Of a stretch of DNA of 64,000 bases, positions 35,511-54,542 are shown piece by piece. The position numbers and the translations under genes are program-made. This DNA comes from Eledone cirrhosa (Eukaryota). Below the pieces are notes generated by a model, which had not been told where the DNA came from, searched no databases, and saw nothing but the letters and a program-made list of their open reading frames with translations. How positions within the stretch are numbered: the first letter of the stretch is position 1; each line of letters begins with the position of its first letter. The stretch is from the NCBI GenBank assembly GCA_964016885.1, contig OZ024741.1, positions 252,526,001-252,590,000 on the forward strand, in the 5' to 3' direction.

Positions 35511-38500
35511 ATGGCCATATTAAGAGTAGGAAGTTTAAATGTTCGCGGCCTGGGGTCACCCTGGAAGCAGGGTCGCCTGCTCAACGACCTCCGGTCGCTG
35601 GAAATGGATGTGATTGCCGTAAGCGAGACCAGAATTTCCGACACGCGTGCACTAGCCCCCATTTTCGACGACTATCAGATCTTCGCATCTGTTAGCAGGC
35701 CGGGAATGGGGGGTGGGGTGGCAGTGCTGTTTAGGAAAGGACTGGATCTCGAGGTAAGGTCGATCTTCCGGGACCCGGACGGTAAGTTGGTGGTCTTGGA
35801 TGTGAGCAGTAGCGAAGGTGGTGCCTTTAGATTGCTGGCCGTCTACGCCCCTACAGGGGCCGGACGACCTGACTTCTTTAGGCGCCTGGAGACCTTTCTG
35901 GATACGTCTCGCCCTTTACTGTTAGCGGGGGACTGGAATGGCATCTTAGACGCACGCTGGGATTGTGTGGGAGAAGCCGATAGGAGCGGGGGGTGCAAAA
36001 GCCTCAAGCACCTACTCAGCCAGTTCCAACTGTCTGACAGGTATCGACTAGACTTCCCCAATGTGCCAGTATGGACATGGACCAACCGAATGGGGTCATC
36101 TAGATCGTATATAGACAGAATCTTCATTAGGAAAATAGATAGAAATAGTGTGGGCTGTCCGCTTTTTAAAACGGTCGCCTATCCAGATCACAAATTTGTG
36201 ATCTGTACGGTCGACCTAAATAAAACGCGTAGGTTAGGACCGGGTTACTGGAAGCTGAACATGTCATTTCCGGCACGTAAGGCTTACAGGGACCGAGTCA
36301 ATAAGTTAGTTAAGCAAAAGTTGACAGGGGGATCATCAACAACAGATGGTGGGGGGCTCTCAAAAGAGAGATTAGAGTAACTTCGATAGAGTTCAGCAAA
36401 GAACTAGCGTTAGAGAAAAATAGAAAGGAGGGGGAGCTGGTAGATAAGTTAGACGAGGCTATTTGTAGTGGCATCGCAACTGACGTGCTAGCGGCGCGAA
36501 TGACATTAGATCATTTCTTCAATGCCAAACACGAAGGTTGCATTGTCAGAGCTAAGGCGCGTGCGCTGAGAAACGAGGGAACTAAAGCTGTTCGATGGGC
36601 CCGCGTGGCGGAGGCGCAGCGTGGTAATAAAACCACAATTCGGTCTTTGGCGGACCGAGACGGACACGAGATAAGCGATTCCAAGCGGATGTGTGAGGCC
36701 TTTCGCCAGCACTTTGCTCGGTTGTTCGGGGAGAGTGGCGAGTCAGAGAGAGTAGCGGATTTCAGTCCCTACCCTGACGGCTTGCCGCGCATCTCGACGG
36801 TCGACGCTGAGCGCTGCGAAAGGCCGATTACTTCAGCCGAAATTCAGGACGCCCTTGTCGGCTGCATGAGGCGCAAGTCACCCGGTTTGGATGGCCTGCC
36901 CTACGAGCTTTACGTAAATATGCCAGACTTGTTCTCCAAACTCCTCGAAGCACTCTACTGTAACTGGCAGCAGAATGGGAGTATTCCCAGTTCTGTGAGC
37001 AGGGGAGTGGTGACGCTGATAAGGAAAGACGAGAACAAGAGGGATACATTAGACAACTTCAGGCCCATAACTCTGCTCAACACAGAGTTTAAGATTTTGG
37101 CCAAGGTGTTAGCAAAGAGATTGGCGCTTGTCGTCGAGGATTTGGTTGGGGAGGCGCAAACTTGCGCAATCCCAGCCAGGTCCATACACGACAATCTCCA
37201 CCCCATGCGATACATCATAGAGAGGGTAGGGTGTAAACCTGGCTTCGGTGGGGCACTGATCAATTTAGATCAATCGAAAGCATTCGATAGGGTCGACCAT
37301 CGGTATCTGGAGTTTGTCCTCAAAGCAGCTGGCTTCGGCCCTGTCTTTAGAAGCTGGATCGTTGCAATGCACAGCGGCACACGCTCGGTGGTCAAGGTTA
37401 ATGGCCATCTCTCGGAACCATTTCGGCTCTCCCGATCGGTCCGTCAAGGGTGCCCTCTCTCTTCCCTTCTGTACGTATTGACTCTCGAGCCTTTACTGCG
37501 GAAGCTGGAGCTGTTGCAGGGCATCCCGCTCGAACCGGGACGTGGAAAGGCGGTGTCGGCTTATGCGGACGACATCACCGTGATGGTGTCGAACACCTCA
37601 GAAATCGAGGTGGTCGGCACCTTATTGAAGGAATATGAAAGGTTGACAGGAGCCAAACTTAACCCGGAAAAGTCGGTGGGCTTGCAGCTCGGAACCTGGA
37701 GAGGCAAGCCCATGCCGTCCAACAGCGTCGTGGGGCGCTGGACGGACGGACCAGTAAAGTTGCTCGGGGTTTGGTTCGGACCAGACCTCCAGGTGGAAAA
37801 GAATTGGGACGAGGTAACGAGCAGAGTAGCCAGTCTCAACCAAAAATGGGCTGGGAGGAAGCTATCACTGAAAGGTCGCGCGGAGGTGGCGAATGCGTAC
37901 ATCGCGTCCGTCATCTATTACCGCCTAACCGTCGTGCCTTGCCCCCGTCCGCGCCTCGTCAAGTTGGAACGGCTCCTCTTCAAATTCTTGTGGAGGGGAC
38001 AAGTTCCGTTGGTGAGGCGGTCCATCTGCTGCCAGCACCCTCTACGCGGAGGGCTGGGCATGCCGTGGCTAATGATGCGCAGACATGCGTTGAGGCTGCG
38101 ACATCTCCAGATATTCTGCCTTAATGGTGAACAGGTGTGGTCGCCGTTTATCAGACGGGCCTTTCCGCAGCTCATTTCTTTGACTGAGCTGCAGTCCTGG
38201 GTCAAGAAGAGACCGAGACTGGGTGACTGGCACCTGGAATGTTGCCAGGCACTCACTGCCCTCTACCAAGCGGGCAATGCGATCAGTGGAACTTCCACTC
38301 TCGAGTTCTATAGAGGATTAGTGGTGGGCAAGTGCGATGACGCACTCGGAGAAGCTTTGGGCCTCGACGAAGTCGAACTGACCAGTCTGTACCGGAGGAC
38401 TTTTGAGCCGGGGACGATGGACAATTTCCAGAAATCCCTCGCTTGGCAGTGCTACCGGGGGGCACTGCCGGCTCGGGATAAACTCTACAGGCACGGAAGT

Positions 38501-38932
38501 GCTGTCAGACGGACCTGCCCAAGATGCGCACAGAACGACGAAACCGTTCTGCACGCACTTGTGCAATGTCCGTGCATTACTGACTTGTGGAGTTATGTCG
38601 AACAGCTACTGTCGCGTGTGGAACGAATCCGGTTATCGGCCGAGTCCATAGTGAAGATCGAGCCGCCACCTTCCTTAGGTCAGGAAGAGCAGGACATTTT
38701 CCTCTGTCTGGTGGCAGTTGCGAAAGAGATTATATGGTGGACCAGGTTGAAAGGACTAAAGACAGACACTTTTCTCTTCGGCCAATCCCTCATCAACTTC
38801 TTCAAGTTTCACCTGGAAAGGAGGGTGAGGGTGGAGAGAGAAGTGCTGCCCCCCAGTACATTTGCTAAAAGGTGGGTGAATGTGGCGAGAATGGCTCGTG
38901 TGAATGGGCCTACTCTGACCATGCGCCTATAG
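35511..38932 (+). CDS. Tx1-type ORF2 (APE endonuclease, RT, C-terminal zinc finger), one frameshift at ~36330
   Basis: SLNVRGL, VSET, VYAP, GDWN, IDRIF, DH; SPGLDG, FRPITLLN, DQSKAFD, RQGCPLS, YADD; CPRC...HALVQC. Confidence 0.9.
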
Positions 38933-39247
38933 GCTGGCTAACTTGAGGAGAGGGGTGCTCTCCTGGGTGCCCTAGAAGCGCAGGGTGGTTCAGGATTGGT
39001 GGGGTACCCGAATCACCCCAGGGTCGTCCACCCCCCTATCGGGGAATTTATTTTGTTATATTTTGCATAGTTTATTTTATATTTTTATATTTTCATTGTT
39101 AAATTAGTCTTGCCATTGTGCACTTTTACTCGACCTTATTGTAAACCCCCACTGTCTCTGTCTTTGTATTGTCCCCTACATGTCGGCCCTTGTGGCTAAT
39201 AAATGAAATCATTATTATTATTATTATTATTATTATTGTTATTACTC

Positions 39248-39482
39248 CTTGAGTCTCAGTCATTGATGTTAGTTAACTGGAAAGTTTGTTGGAATGAATA
39301 TCAAGCCACTACCTGCAGCCTCAGATATTCAGGACGTATCGGAGGGTTCTTGCTGTTCCCAGCAAGCATGCCTTTTGAAGCGTTCCAAAAAGCGTGAAGG
39401 GACCAATTTTCTTTAACCATCCTTGGAAACTTTTGGAGATAGTCCCTAGTGCGCCTATGACAATCGGGATCACTTTGACTTC
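39248..39482 (-). mobile_element. R4/Dong-type 3' fragment in (TTA)n
   Basis: Nearly identical to 31328..31562; (tta)n on both sides. Confidence 0.9.
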
Positions 39483-39500
39483 ATTATTATTATTATTATT

Positions 39501-39680
39501 ATGGATTGGCAGTATCGGTAGAGGGTCGGACGCCATGCTTTCCAGCATAGTTACGTCCCTTTACGATCTGAGTTCAAATCCCGCCGAGGTTGACTTTGCC
39601 TTTCAACCTTACGGGGTCGATAAAATAAATTACCAGTAATGCACTGGGTAATTGGTGGCCTTGTGCCTAAAGTAGAAACA

Positions 39681-39682
<2 letters not shown>
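39501..39682 (+). mobile_element. tRNA-derived SINE in (TTA)n
   Basis: Matches 27361..27548. Confidence 0.88.
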
Positions 39683-39727
<45 letters not shown>

Positions 39728-39997
39728 TATATAATAGAGATAGAAAGATTATATATATATATACATCAGTCCAGGGTCCGGGAAAGTATCAACACATATT
39801 TTTATTGTTTGACCCGAATTACTTGGTCGTTTTGTTTTGGCTGTGCGGATGATATGTTTAACCATCATCTCAGTGTGTTTGGCCCTTAACGTATGTTGTA
39901 GCTCTGATTCATATGATTCATCGAGCGCTTGACACACATATCGGACGTTGATTTTCGTTAATTCCTGAGCTGAAAACGATTCTCGCTAATTTATATT

Positions 39998-40044
<47 letters not shown>

Positions 40045-40104
40045 ATTCCGTCGGAAAGGTCCAGGAAAAAAGAGTGCTCTATGTAGGTTACAGAGCTTAT
40101 TAGT

Positions 40105-42770
<2,666 letters not shown>

Positions 42771-43409
42771 TCACCTTGAACTTCTTCTCTGCTCTCTACG
42801 CTTTATATCCACTACGAGATGGGAGATTATTAAATATAAAGATTTACATATACTAATCTCCCATTAGGTTGAGATGCAATTTGGGCAATATTGGGCTGCG
42901 CTTTCTAGCAACCAGCCCACTCGCCGTAAGCAACTAATCACATTCTTTCTAACTTGACCACTGCCACGTCACGATTCTTAGCCATTTTAAAATCTATTTC
43001 TGGCGGGGATCGCTTTGGAAAATTACCTGTCCTAAGAGTTTGTCTCCTGATGAGTTCGAAACTCGAGATTTTATCCTTAATAGGATATCTCAAAACGCGA
43101 ACGAAACCCCAGGCTAGGGACATAATCATGGTAAGAGTGTACGCATTTCTTCTAACTTTAAATTTATACCTAATTGTGTATGGTTGACGGTATATTTAGT
43201 CGATTTCTACATGCTGTTGAAATGTTGGGTAAATATTCTATTGCGGTCGTCCGCGAAGAGGCTGCAGTCGTTTATTTATCAAATATTTCTTCGTAGGAGC
43301 CTTTATTCTTATAGCCTGGTCTAATTGATTTTTTTATGTGGTTAATTATGGTAATTGGGAGAGGAAATGGTGTATATATTTTATCAAATGATTCTATGGA
43401 CATACTTTA

Positions 43410-43506
<97 letters not shown>

Positions 43507-43508
43507 CG

Positions 43509-43570
<62 letters not shown>

Positions 43571-43572
43571 CG

Positions 43573-43613
<41 letters not shown>

Positions 43614-44021
43614 GTGTGTGTATGTGTGTGTATGTATATATTTATATGTATGTATGTGTATGTGTAAATGTGTGTATTGCTTACCACGTATGTTTGTTTA
43701 TTTATTTGTGTCCTTTCCTGTATCGCTGTCAACTTTATAATAATTTTTATTTTCTTAAGTCGTATATTTTTTTTTATGTGACGGCATATTGCATTATATG
43801 GTTGTTCATTGTTTTTCATTTTTATTTTTTCTTATAATTAATTGTGTGTGTGCATATGTAGGTGTGAGTACATATATCTATATATGTGTGTGCGTATATA
43901 TGCGTGTATATATGTGTGTATGTATGTGTGTGTATGTACGTGTGTATATGTGTATGATTATGTGTGTGTGTATATATATATATATGTGTGTTTGTGTATT
44001 TATGTGTATGTGTATGTATGG

Positions 44022-44069
<48 letters not shown>

Positions 44070-44559
44070 ATATGTGTATATGTATGTATATATACATATA
44101 TATAAGGGGTCATCTCTCCCGGATAGAGATGACCCCTTAACCTTTGTCAAGGCAGAATTCTAGGAGAAGGAAAACTCTGATATAACACCTGCAACCCTGA
44201 TGGTATCCAGTGATATTGACTTGTTCTTCTTTTTGGTAAATATCATCTTGGTTAAGAGAGTGGGACTGGCTTTGTGCGGTGCCTTTGCTCACTATAAGAG
44301 CTTCACGGCACAGGCATTGCTTTATATCTGGAGATCTTTCTGCACTTGTCACCACAGGGTACAATGGGCCCAATACTATGTGTCAGTAATTGTCACAAGT
44401 GTAGTGTTTGTACCAGTGTTTTCAAGTCGCTGGCTGGACTAAAATGTCACACTCGTTCAGCGCATCGGTAGGGGTTTTTCTACATGGATATAAAGTAGTG
44501 GCCGTACTCAAAAACGAGTTGGCAGCCACCATATATATATATATATATGTGTGTGTATA

Positions 44560-44596
<37 letters not shown>

Positions 44597-44718
44597 ATGT
44601 GTGTTTATATACTTTTATATTTATTCTTTTTCCTTTCCTTCTTCGTTTTCCAGCCTTACTTTCATATAGATTATATTTTTGTTTTTAAAATCCACTGTCA
44701 ATAAATACACCAGGATTT

Positions 44719-44779
44719 TTTCATTCTGATGACTGAAAGCAAATTTTGTTTGCTTTCAAGAAACCACTGGTAAATGAAA
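44719..44779 (+). ncRNA. Type-I hammerhead ribozyme (intact sister of 40132..40192)
   Basis: tttcatt CTGATGA c-tgaaagcaaa-ttttg-tttgctttca-a GAAA ccactgg TA aatgaaa. Confidence 0.82.
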
Positions 44780-45535
44780 TAATTGTCTTATGTTGTTTAT
44801 TACATAACTATATATATATATTAATAAAAAATCAGAGGCCATATTCAGTTGATTCAGGTTTATTTAAAACTCCGTTATACATATTTCACTGAGGACCATA
44901 AGTTTAGATAGCCTGAGCTCTTCAGACAGCAAAACCCAAAATAAAAATTGAAAGTTCCTAATAAACCTTTAAATTTGGAAAAATCCAATAATTTCCCCCC
45001 AAAAGATTTTCTTTTCATGATACAGGGGTCTGGCTGAATGCGTGGTGTTGTTTCTTCCACAGACAGCCATAATGTGATCAGCACATCCCTGTTCTATTAA
45101 ACCCATACTCTAATATATATGTATATAATCTCTCTCTCTATATATAGTAAATATATATATATATAAATATTTCAATTCCTTTTAAAGTTTTTTAAAGTTT
45201 TTTAATTAATTTTTTAATTATTTTTAATTACTTTTAAGTATTATTTTAAAATTATTTCTCTTAAAATTCTCTTTTTTTCTATATATATTTCTTTAATTAT
45301 CTTTATGTGCTTAAGATTGCTTCTGTTTGCCTTCACATGCCCCAGTCTCTTGTGGGAAAATCTGCTTGTGTTATTGTATTATCATGGTTTGTTATAATGT
45401 TGAATTATAAACCCAGTACACATTCTCTCCATTCTTCTCCTATCCAATCTCCCTCATGCTATCCTGTACAGTTTCTCTACTGTTCTGGTGACTAAGCTTG
45501 GTAGAGCTTATATTCAGCACTATATTTTTTATTAA

Positions 45536-45588
45536 TTACACTCTGAGGATTCCTGCCCCACGCTATGGATGAAACATTGTTAGCGAAT
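45536..45588 (+). ncRNA. Probable decayed hammerhead ribozyme
   Basis: CTGAGGA t-tcc...gga-t GAAA cattg TT; stem I has mismatches. Confidence 0.45.
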
Positions 45589-45854
45589 AAAAATTGTATA
45601 AGTATGTAGGCGTTCTTTGATTTATTTTTTCTATAACGGCTCTGTTTTGTACATTGAGCTAATATGATACCGTCACAAATATGACACTGCACAGATGTGC
45701 TTATGTACATATGATCCGTTGTCTACATAAATAAAATATATATATACATATATACATACATCTTTCTCTGTCTCTATTTTTCTATATTGTCAAAACTCAC
45801 ATCTTATTAAAGAAAGTGTCAAATTAAATGAGAAACTAGTCCACTATATCTATA

Positions 45855-46150
45855 ATTCAGAGTACAGGTAGGTGTCCATCAAGGTTCAGTTCTCAGGCCA
45901 CTACTGTTTATTATAGTTCTCCAGGTCATAACAAAGGAGTTTAAGACTGGATGCCCATGGGAACTTCTGTATGCTGATGACTTGGTTTATGTAGCCGAAT
46001 CTGTGGAAGAGCTAGAGAAGAAATTCCAGCTTTAGAAACAGAACTTACAGTAAACATGGGAAAAATGAAAGTTTAGATAATTAGGAAAGAGAACAAGACC
46101 GATAGCGACCGTCAGAGAAAAGGTCAGAACTCTATATGGAGTACATAATG
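45855..46150 (+). pseudogene. Decayed RTE RT fragment
   Basis: VQVGVHQGSVL.PLLFIIVLQ..TKEFKTGCPWELLYADD. Confidence 0.8.
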
Positions 46151-46356
46151 TAAAATATAAGGCCTTGAATGAAAAACGCATCATATATTAAACTAGAACT
46201 TCGTTCCTTCTTACTTAAAATGATCACTCTGTATATTGTGTCAATAAGAAACCGATGCCAGTGGGAATGTGCACTTTTAACATGGAACATCCGACACATG
46301 TATTGACTACTTAAACTGCTACCATCTACAGTATTATAATATTATCCACCAACTGT

Positions 46357-46481
<125 letters not shown>

Positions 46482-46519
46482 AACATTTATATATATATGT
46501 ATATATATATAGACAAACA

Positions 46520-47135
46520 TTTCCCCCTAATCATAGATATTATAAGATATTTAATAGAAATGTAGTTAAAATCAGTTACTCTTGCTGCCCATCAATGAAG
46601 TCTTAAATCACCAATTCTAATCATACGAGAATAAATCCAGGATGCAGTTGCAGGAAGCCGGATGAATGCCCATTACAGGGCAAATGTAATACCAAATCCG
46701 TTGTATATGAGGCCAAAATGACACCTTTGATTAACAACCAGCCAGCCAGGAGTGAACGATATGTTGGCATGACTCAGGACAGCTTCAAAACCAGGTTTTA
46801 TGTACATGGCGCTTCTTTTAAACACTCTGATAAAAGAACAGCAATGGCTCTCGCAAATAAGGTGTGGGAATTCAAAGATAAAAACATCCCGTACTCTATC
46901 GATTGGTCTATTTTAGACCATTCGAGGGAATACCAAAGGGGCATAAAGAATTGTTCTTTGTGTACCACTGAGAAATTTAGAATTCTACAAAACTTGAAAG
47001 CTACTTCAACTTGCCTGAACTCCAAGACCGAGATCTTCAGATGTTGTCCTCACCTGAAATCACATCTGCTCTGTAACTGGATTGACATTCCTACGATGAC
47101 TCAACCACCTTGAACTTCTTTGCTCTTTACGCCTT
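46520..47135 (+). mobile_element. PLE GIY-YIG endonuclease fragment (inverted sister of ~42025..42640)
   Basis: ORF 46718..47113: YVGMTQDSFKTRF...CSLCTTEK...CCPH. Confidence 0.88.
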
Positions 47136-47293
47136 AATTCTTAAAAATTATTATTAAGTTGACAACGATATAGGAAAGGACACAATTAAAAATAAATAAA
47201 CAAACACACGTGGTAAGCAATACACACATATACACATACACATACACATACATACATATAAATATATACATACACACACACATATACACACAC

Positions 47294-47352
<59 letters not shown>

Positions 47353-47675
47353 TAAATAAAAATACATAAATATTATATATATATAAAAATAAAAAGGTGG
47401 AAGGGGTAAACAAATAGATGGGAATACGACAAATAATAAATAAATAATAGAGAAAGGCATAAATGTTTATAGCTGATTTAGAGCACTCAACATGTTCCTG
47501 GAGCAAATAATCAATGAAAATAAACATTAAATCACTCTGTATGTAATTATGCATATACATACACATATATACATACACACACACACACAACCATACAAAT
47601 ATATATATATATATATAGGAAAAAGTATGACCCCGGCGGCAGAGCTCAAGCCGTTTCGACGGCTATTATATATAT

Positions 47676-47714
<39 letters not shown>

Positions 47715-48146
47715 CACACACTAATATATACACACACATATATACAAAAAGTTACATCACCACGATAATAAAAATACACACACACATATATATATATATA
47801 TACATACATATACATACACATATATATGTATATATACACATATATACATACATATATATATATACATATATACACATATACACAATACATGCATACACAC
47901 AGAAATAAATATCTATAAATAAAAAAGGTGGGTATGTAAAGGGTAAGGTAGAAAGTAGGGGGGAATAAGGAAAATAAATAACAGGTAAAAGTTTAAATAT
48001 AAGGGGAGATAAGGGATAAAAAGAATATAAAGGTACAGAAAGTGAGTCCACTACAATTTGTATTACTCTCTGAACTCACTTTCTGTACCTTTATATTCTT
48101 TTTCTCCCTTATCTCCCCTTATATTTAAACTTTTACCTGTTATTTA

Positions 48147-49505
<1,359 letters not shown>

Positions 49506-49510
<5 letters not shown>

Positions 49511-49813
49511 TAATAAAATAATGAATAAACAAAGAAACAGTTCCTTATATTAAAAAAATTCATCATTTTACGATCGTTTCTAGGATATATATGTGTTAGA
49601 GTTGGTATGCATATTCTATAGATCTATGTACAATATTTATACAAACTATCAGAGGGAATATACATACCTACACATATATATGCTGTCTTCAGAAATAATG
49701 ATATTTGTTTATTGAAAAAAACAAAGATTCAATACAATAGGTCTGTTTGGGAACAGGTTTTGAATTGACCAATAGAGAGATAGTGAGGGTCAAGATAGTA
49801 ATATAGTAGTAGA
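49506..49813 (-). mobile_element. Detached pLTR of the Neptune-like PLE, with HHR at 49561..49700
   Basis: Direct copy of 54676..54983; cattattt CTGAAGA [105 nt] GAAA cgatcg TA aaatgatg. Confidence 0.85.
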
Positions 49814-50426
49814 AGAACCTTAAATTATGGGTAGAGGAAGGTAGATTTCAGTTTTGGATGGAAAATAATATTATGAATGAAGGATTATTTTAGGGAAGAA
49901 ATAGGTCTTATGCTCACCTCAGAAATAATTTAATTTGTTCATTGAATAAAATCAACAAAGATCTAATATATTCTGTCTGTTTGGTAAGAGGTTTAGAATT
50001 AACCAATAGAAAGTTAATAATTGGCCGAATGGTAAAATAGTAGTAATTGAAGCTTATTTAAGGGGTGAAAATAGGTCAGGTGGTCAGTAAAAAGTATACA
50101 AGCAGTTGCTGTTATAAAATAGTAATGCCAATACAAATATCTAATGTGACTAAAGTTTTAAGATAAGAATGTTAGTGAAAAAAATACATCTATGAAAAGA
50201 ATATAAATTAATTTAATTGATGGGTATATTTATATTGATAAAATTATACTAATACATATAGATATGATAAATAAGAGTTAGATACAGTTGAAAAGTGCTG
50301 TTAAAGATGAGGGGAAAATAAAAGAATATAAAAATAATATATATATATATACTTATATATATATATACATATATACATATATATACACATACACACACAC
50401 ATATATACACACATATATATATATAT

Positions 50427-50479
<53 letters not shown>

Positions 50480-50759
50480 CATATATACATGCATATATAC
50501 ATACATACACATATATATACACACACATACACACTTACATATACATATAATTATTGGGGGGGGGGGGATTAAATTTATTAGTGAGAAATAATAAATATAT
50601 ATAGATTTCAAGGAACATAGAGTCATAACCTGAAGTTAAAGCATTATATATGTTTACTTTAAGGTATCAGTTTTAGGAAATGATATTTGTAAGAAGGATA
50701 GCAAAATTATGTAGTTCATCAGTAGTAGGATATTAATTATAGGTTAACTAAATTAAAAA

Positions 50760-52912
50760 GGTATAAATCTAATTTATAAGAGGTATAAATCTAATTTTCA
50801 AAAGGACCTTGATTCTACCCTATTGAACCTAAAAGAATCTAAAAAAATCCATGTCCATTCGGACAAAACTGGAAATCTATATCACATGGATATTGAAAAT
50901 TACAATGAGTTCATATATAAAGAACTCAGGAAAAATTATAGAAAAACAAACAATGCGTCACTTACCAACATCAACAACAAAACACACAGCATAGTGAATA
51001 GACTTAATATTGAAGATAGAACTGAACCATTGGCATTGAAAAGACCACACTTCAACCTGAAAGATCATAAATCTAACTTTAACTCTAATCCTTCTATAAG
51101 GCTTATATGCCCTTCCAAATCTGATATTGGAATAATTAGTAAAATAATTTTAGATAGAGTCATCCCACAACTAAGAAAACATGTTAATTTACCACTCTGG
51201 GAAAACACATCCCAGGTAATTAACTGGTTTAATAATATTAGAAATAAATCCTCTGCTTCATTTCTACAATTTGATATAGATAATTATTCTTCTTCTATAT
51301 CACCTATACTCCTGAACAAAGCCTTGATATTCGCTAAAAATAGATCTAACTTAACTTTGGATGACATTAACATTATTACACATGCTAGACTAACACTATT
51401 GGAATTTCAGAATGAATACTGGACCAGAAACACATATAGTAATCTATTCGATATTACTATGGGCTCAAGCGATTCTGCCCAAATTACTGATCTTGTGGGC
51501 CTCTTTCTTCTTTTTAACATAAATGCTTCCTTTCCCCACCTTAAAGGTGGTTTATATCGTGACGACTGTCTTCTTCTTTCCAATAACCTTAGCCTCTCAG
51601 AGATCGAAAAAAATAAAAAGCTTATTAGAACTTTCCTTAAAGACTATTATAGTCTAGATATTACATTTGAAAACACAAGTAAAGTAGTTAATTTCCTAGA
51701 TATAACATTAGACTTATCTACGGGTATCTACCAACCTTACCATAAACCCAACCAAAATTTACACTACATACACTCACAATCTAATCACCCTAAATCTATC
51801 CTTAAAAACCTTGCATATAATATATCACTTAGAATTTCTAACCTTTCGTCTAACCAAGATGTATTTGATAAAAATGCGACCTTTTATAACGAAGCTCTAG
51901 CTAGAAGTGGCCACAAAAATAGATTAGTATATATACCTTCTACCAATAACACTACAAACATACAACCTAATATTACCAACAAACACCAAATGAAACATAC
52001 ACACCTAAATGCCACTCACACTATACCCCAAAACACCAACATAAAACCAAATTTCTCTAACTCTTCTAATATACAGCATAGTAACTCTCAAAAAACTACT
52101 CATCCTACAACTCTAATAAATGTTAATAATAAAACTCCTAATAAACAAGCTAAAACACCTAAATCAATAAATCTAACTAAAAATGTCTGGTGAGCTCATT
52201 AACAATAATTCTCTTAATAAACATCAGGATGCATCCTATAAAAACAATAAACAACATCGAAACCGTAATAGACGAGTTACTTGGTATAATGCTCCATTTA
52301 ATTTACAAATTGAGGATAATATACCTAAAAAATTCTTTAATATCCTAGAGAAAAACTTCCCGCCAAACCACAAATACCATCAAATCTTAAATAGATCAAC
52401 GGTTAAATTCTCCTACTCAACAACCAAAAACATAAAACAAAATATAAGTGCCTATAATGCATATAAATGTAAAAAAACCATGAGTATACCACCAGTACAT
52501 CAAACTAACCATAATATCTCCTCAGATACAGGATTCACGAAAAGCTGTAACTGTAGAAACAAGGCAAACTGTCCATTAAAAGGAAATTGCCTTGTTAATA
52601 ACATAGTATATAAATGTAAAGTTAACACTAAGGACTCAATTTATTCATATATAGGAGCTACCTCTAACAAATTTAAGGTAAGATTGAATACCGACAAACA
52701 TAGTTTTAAAAATGCCGCACTAGCTAATACAACATCTCTAGCTGAAATAATTAATAGTTATAGAAAGAGGAATATAGATTATGACCTGACCTGGAGTGTG
52801 CTCAAAAGGGCCACCCCTTATCAAAATAGTAGATATGAATGTAGATTATGTTCCCAAGAACTTTTTGAAATAATGAAATCTAAGGATATCCTATTAAATA
52901 AGCGAGATAGTT
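50760..52912 (+). mobile_element. Penelope-like element RT + GIY-YIG (Naiad-type, tentative), one frameshift in the linker
   Basis: DKTGNLY, KDHK..F...PSIRLI, QFDI, TMGSSDSAQITDLVG, LYRDD, FLDI, YHKPN, SNHP; CNCR..CPLKGNC..IVYKC..YIGAT..CRLC. Confidence 0.9.
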
Positions 52913-53028
52913 TAAAGCTAAACTCTGACTGGTAACCATCTTACTCAACAAACATTAGGTTATATTAAAATATAAACCCAATTTAAGTGTTTGGGGTGCT
53001 AACAATATGTATAATGTGGAAAAACCAG

Positions 53029-53092
<64 letters not shown>

Positions 53093-53096
<4 letters not shown>

Positions 53097-53228
53097 ATAC
53101 TTGGGGAGGGTCATATTTGTGTAATATTGACAGAATTAATAACAGAACACACTCACTGTTTGGTTGGTTTTCGCTTCTCGCTGTCTTTTATATCGGTAAT
53201 CTAACTTACTCGGTCCCCAAGTATAACA
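53093..53228. mobile_element. Short TG...CA element with inverted termini (solo LTR or MITE)
   Basis: tgttatacttgggga ... tccccaagtataaca, flanked by atat on both sides. Confidence 0.6.
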
Positions 53229-53272
53229 ATATTTGTTTTGACACATGATTTCATATAAAAAACCTCGCAAAA

Positions 53273-54463
<1,191 letters not shown>

Positions 54464-54494
54464 ATAACCTTCGTTTTGTGTAGTAAATTACACT

Positions 54495-54542
<48 letters not shown>

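Larger units (their letters stand above)
33405..39210 (+). mobile_element. Near full-length Tx1/L1-clade non-LTR retrotransposon
   Basis: Short 5' UTR, ORF1 with gag knuckle, ORF2 with APE-RT-zinc finger, AATAAA near the 3' end, 'tcattattattatta' on both sides. Confidence 0.93.

Noticed and set aside
44103-44139. 15-bp-stem hairpin taaggggtcatctct/agagatgacccctta
   Set aside because: Real but isolated; it could not be assigned to any element or function.
50823-52935. Selenocysteine read-through in the Naiad-type PLE
   Set aside because: The two ORFs are in different frames and all visible Cys positions use Cys codons; there is no in-frame TGA at a conserved Cys.
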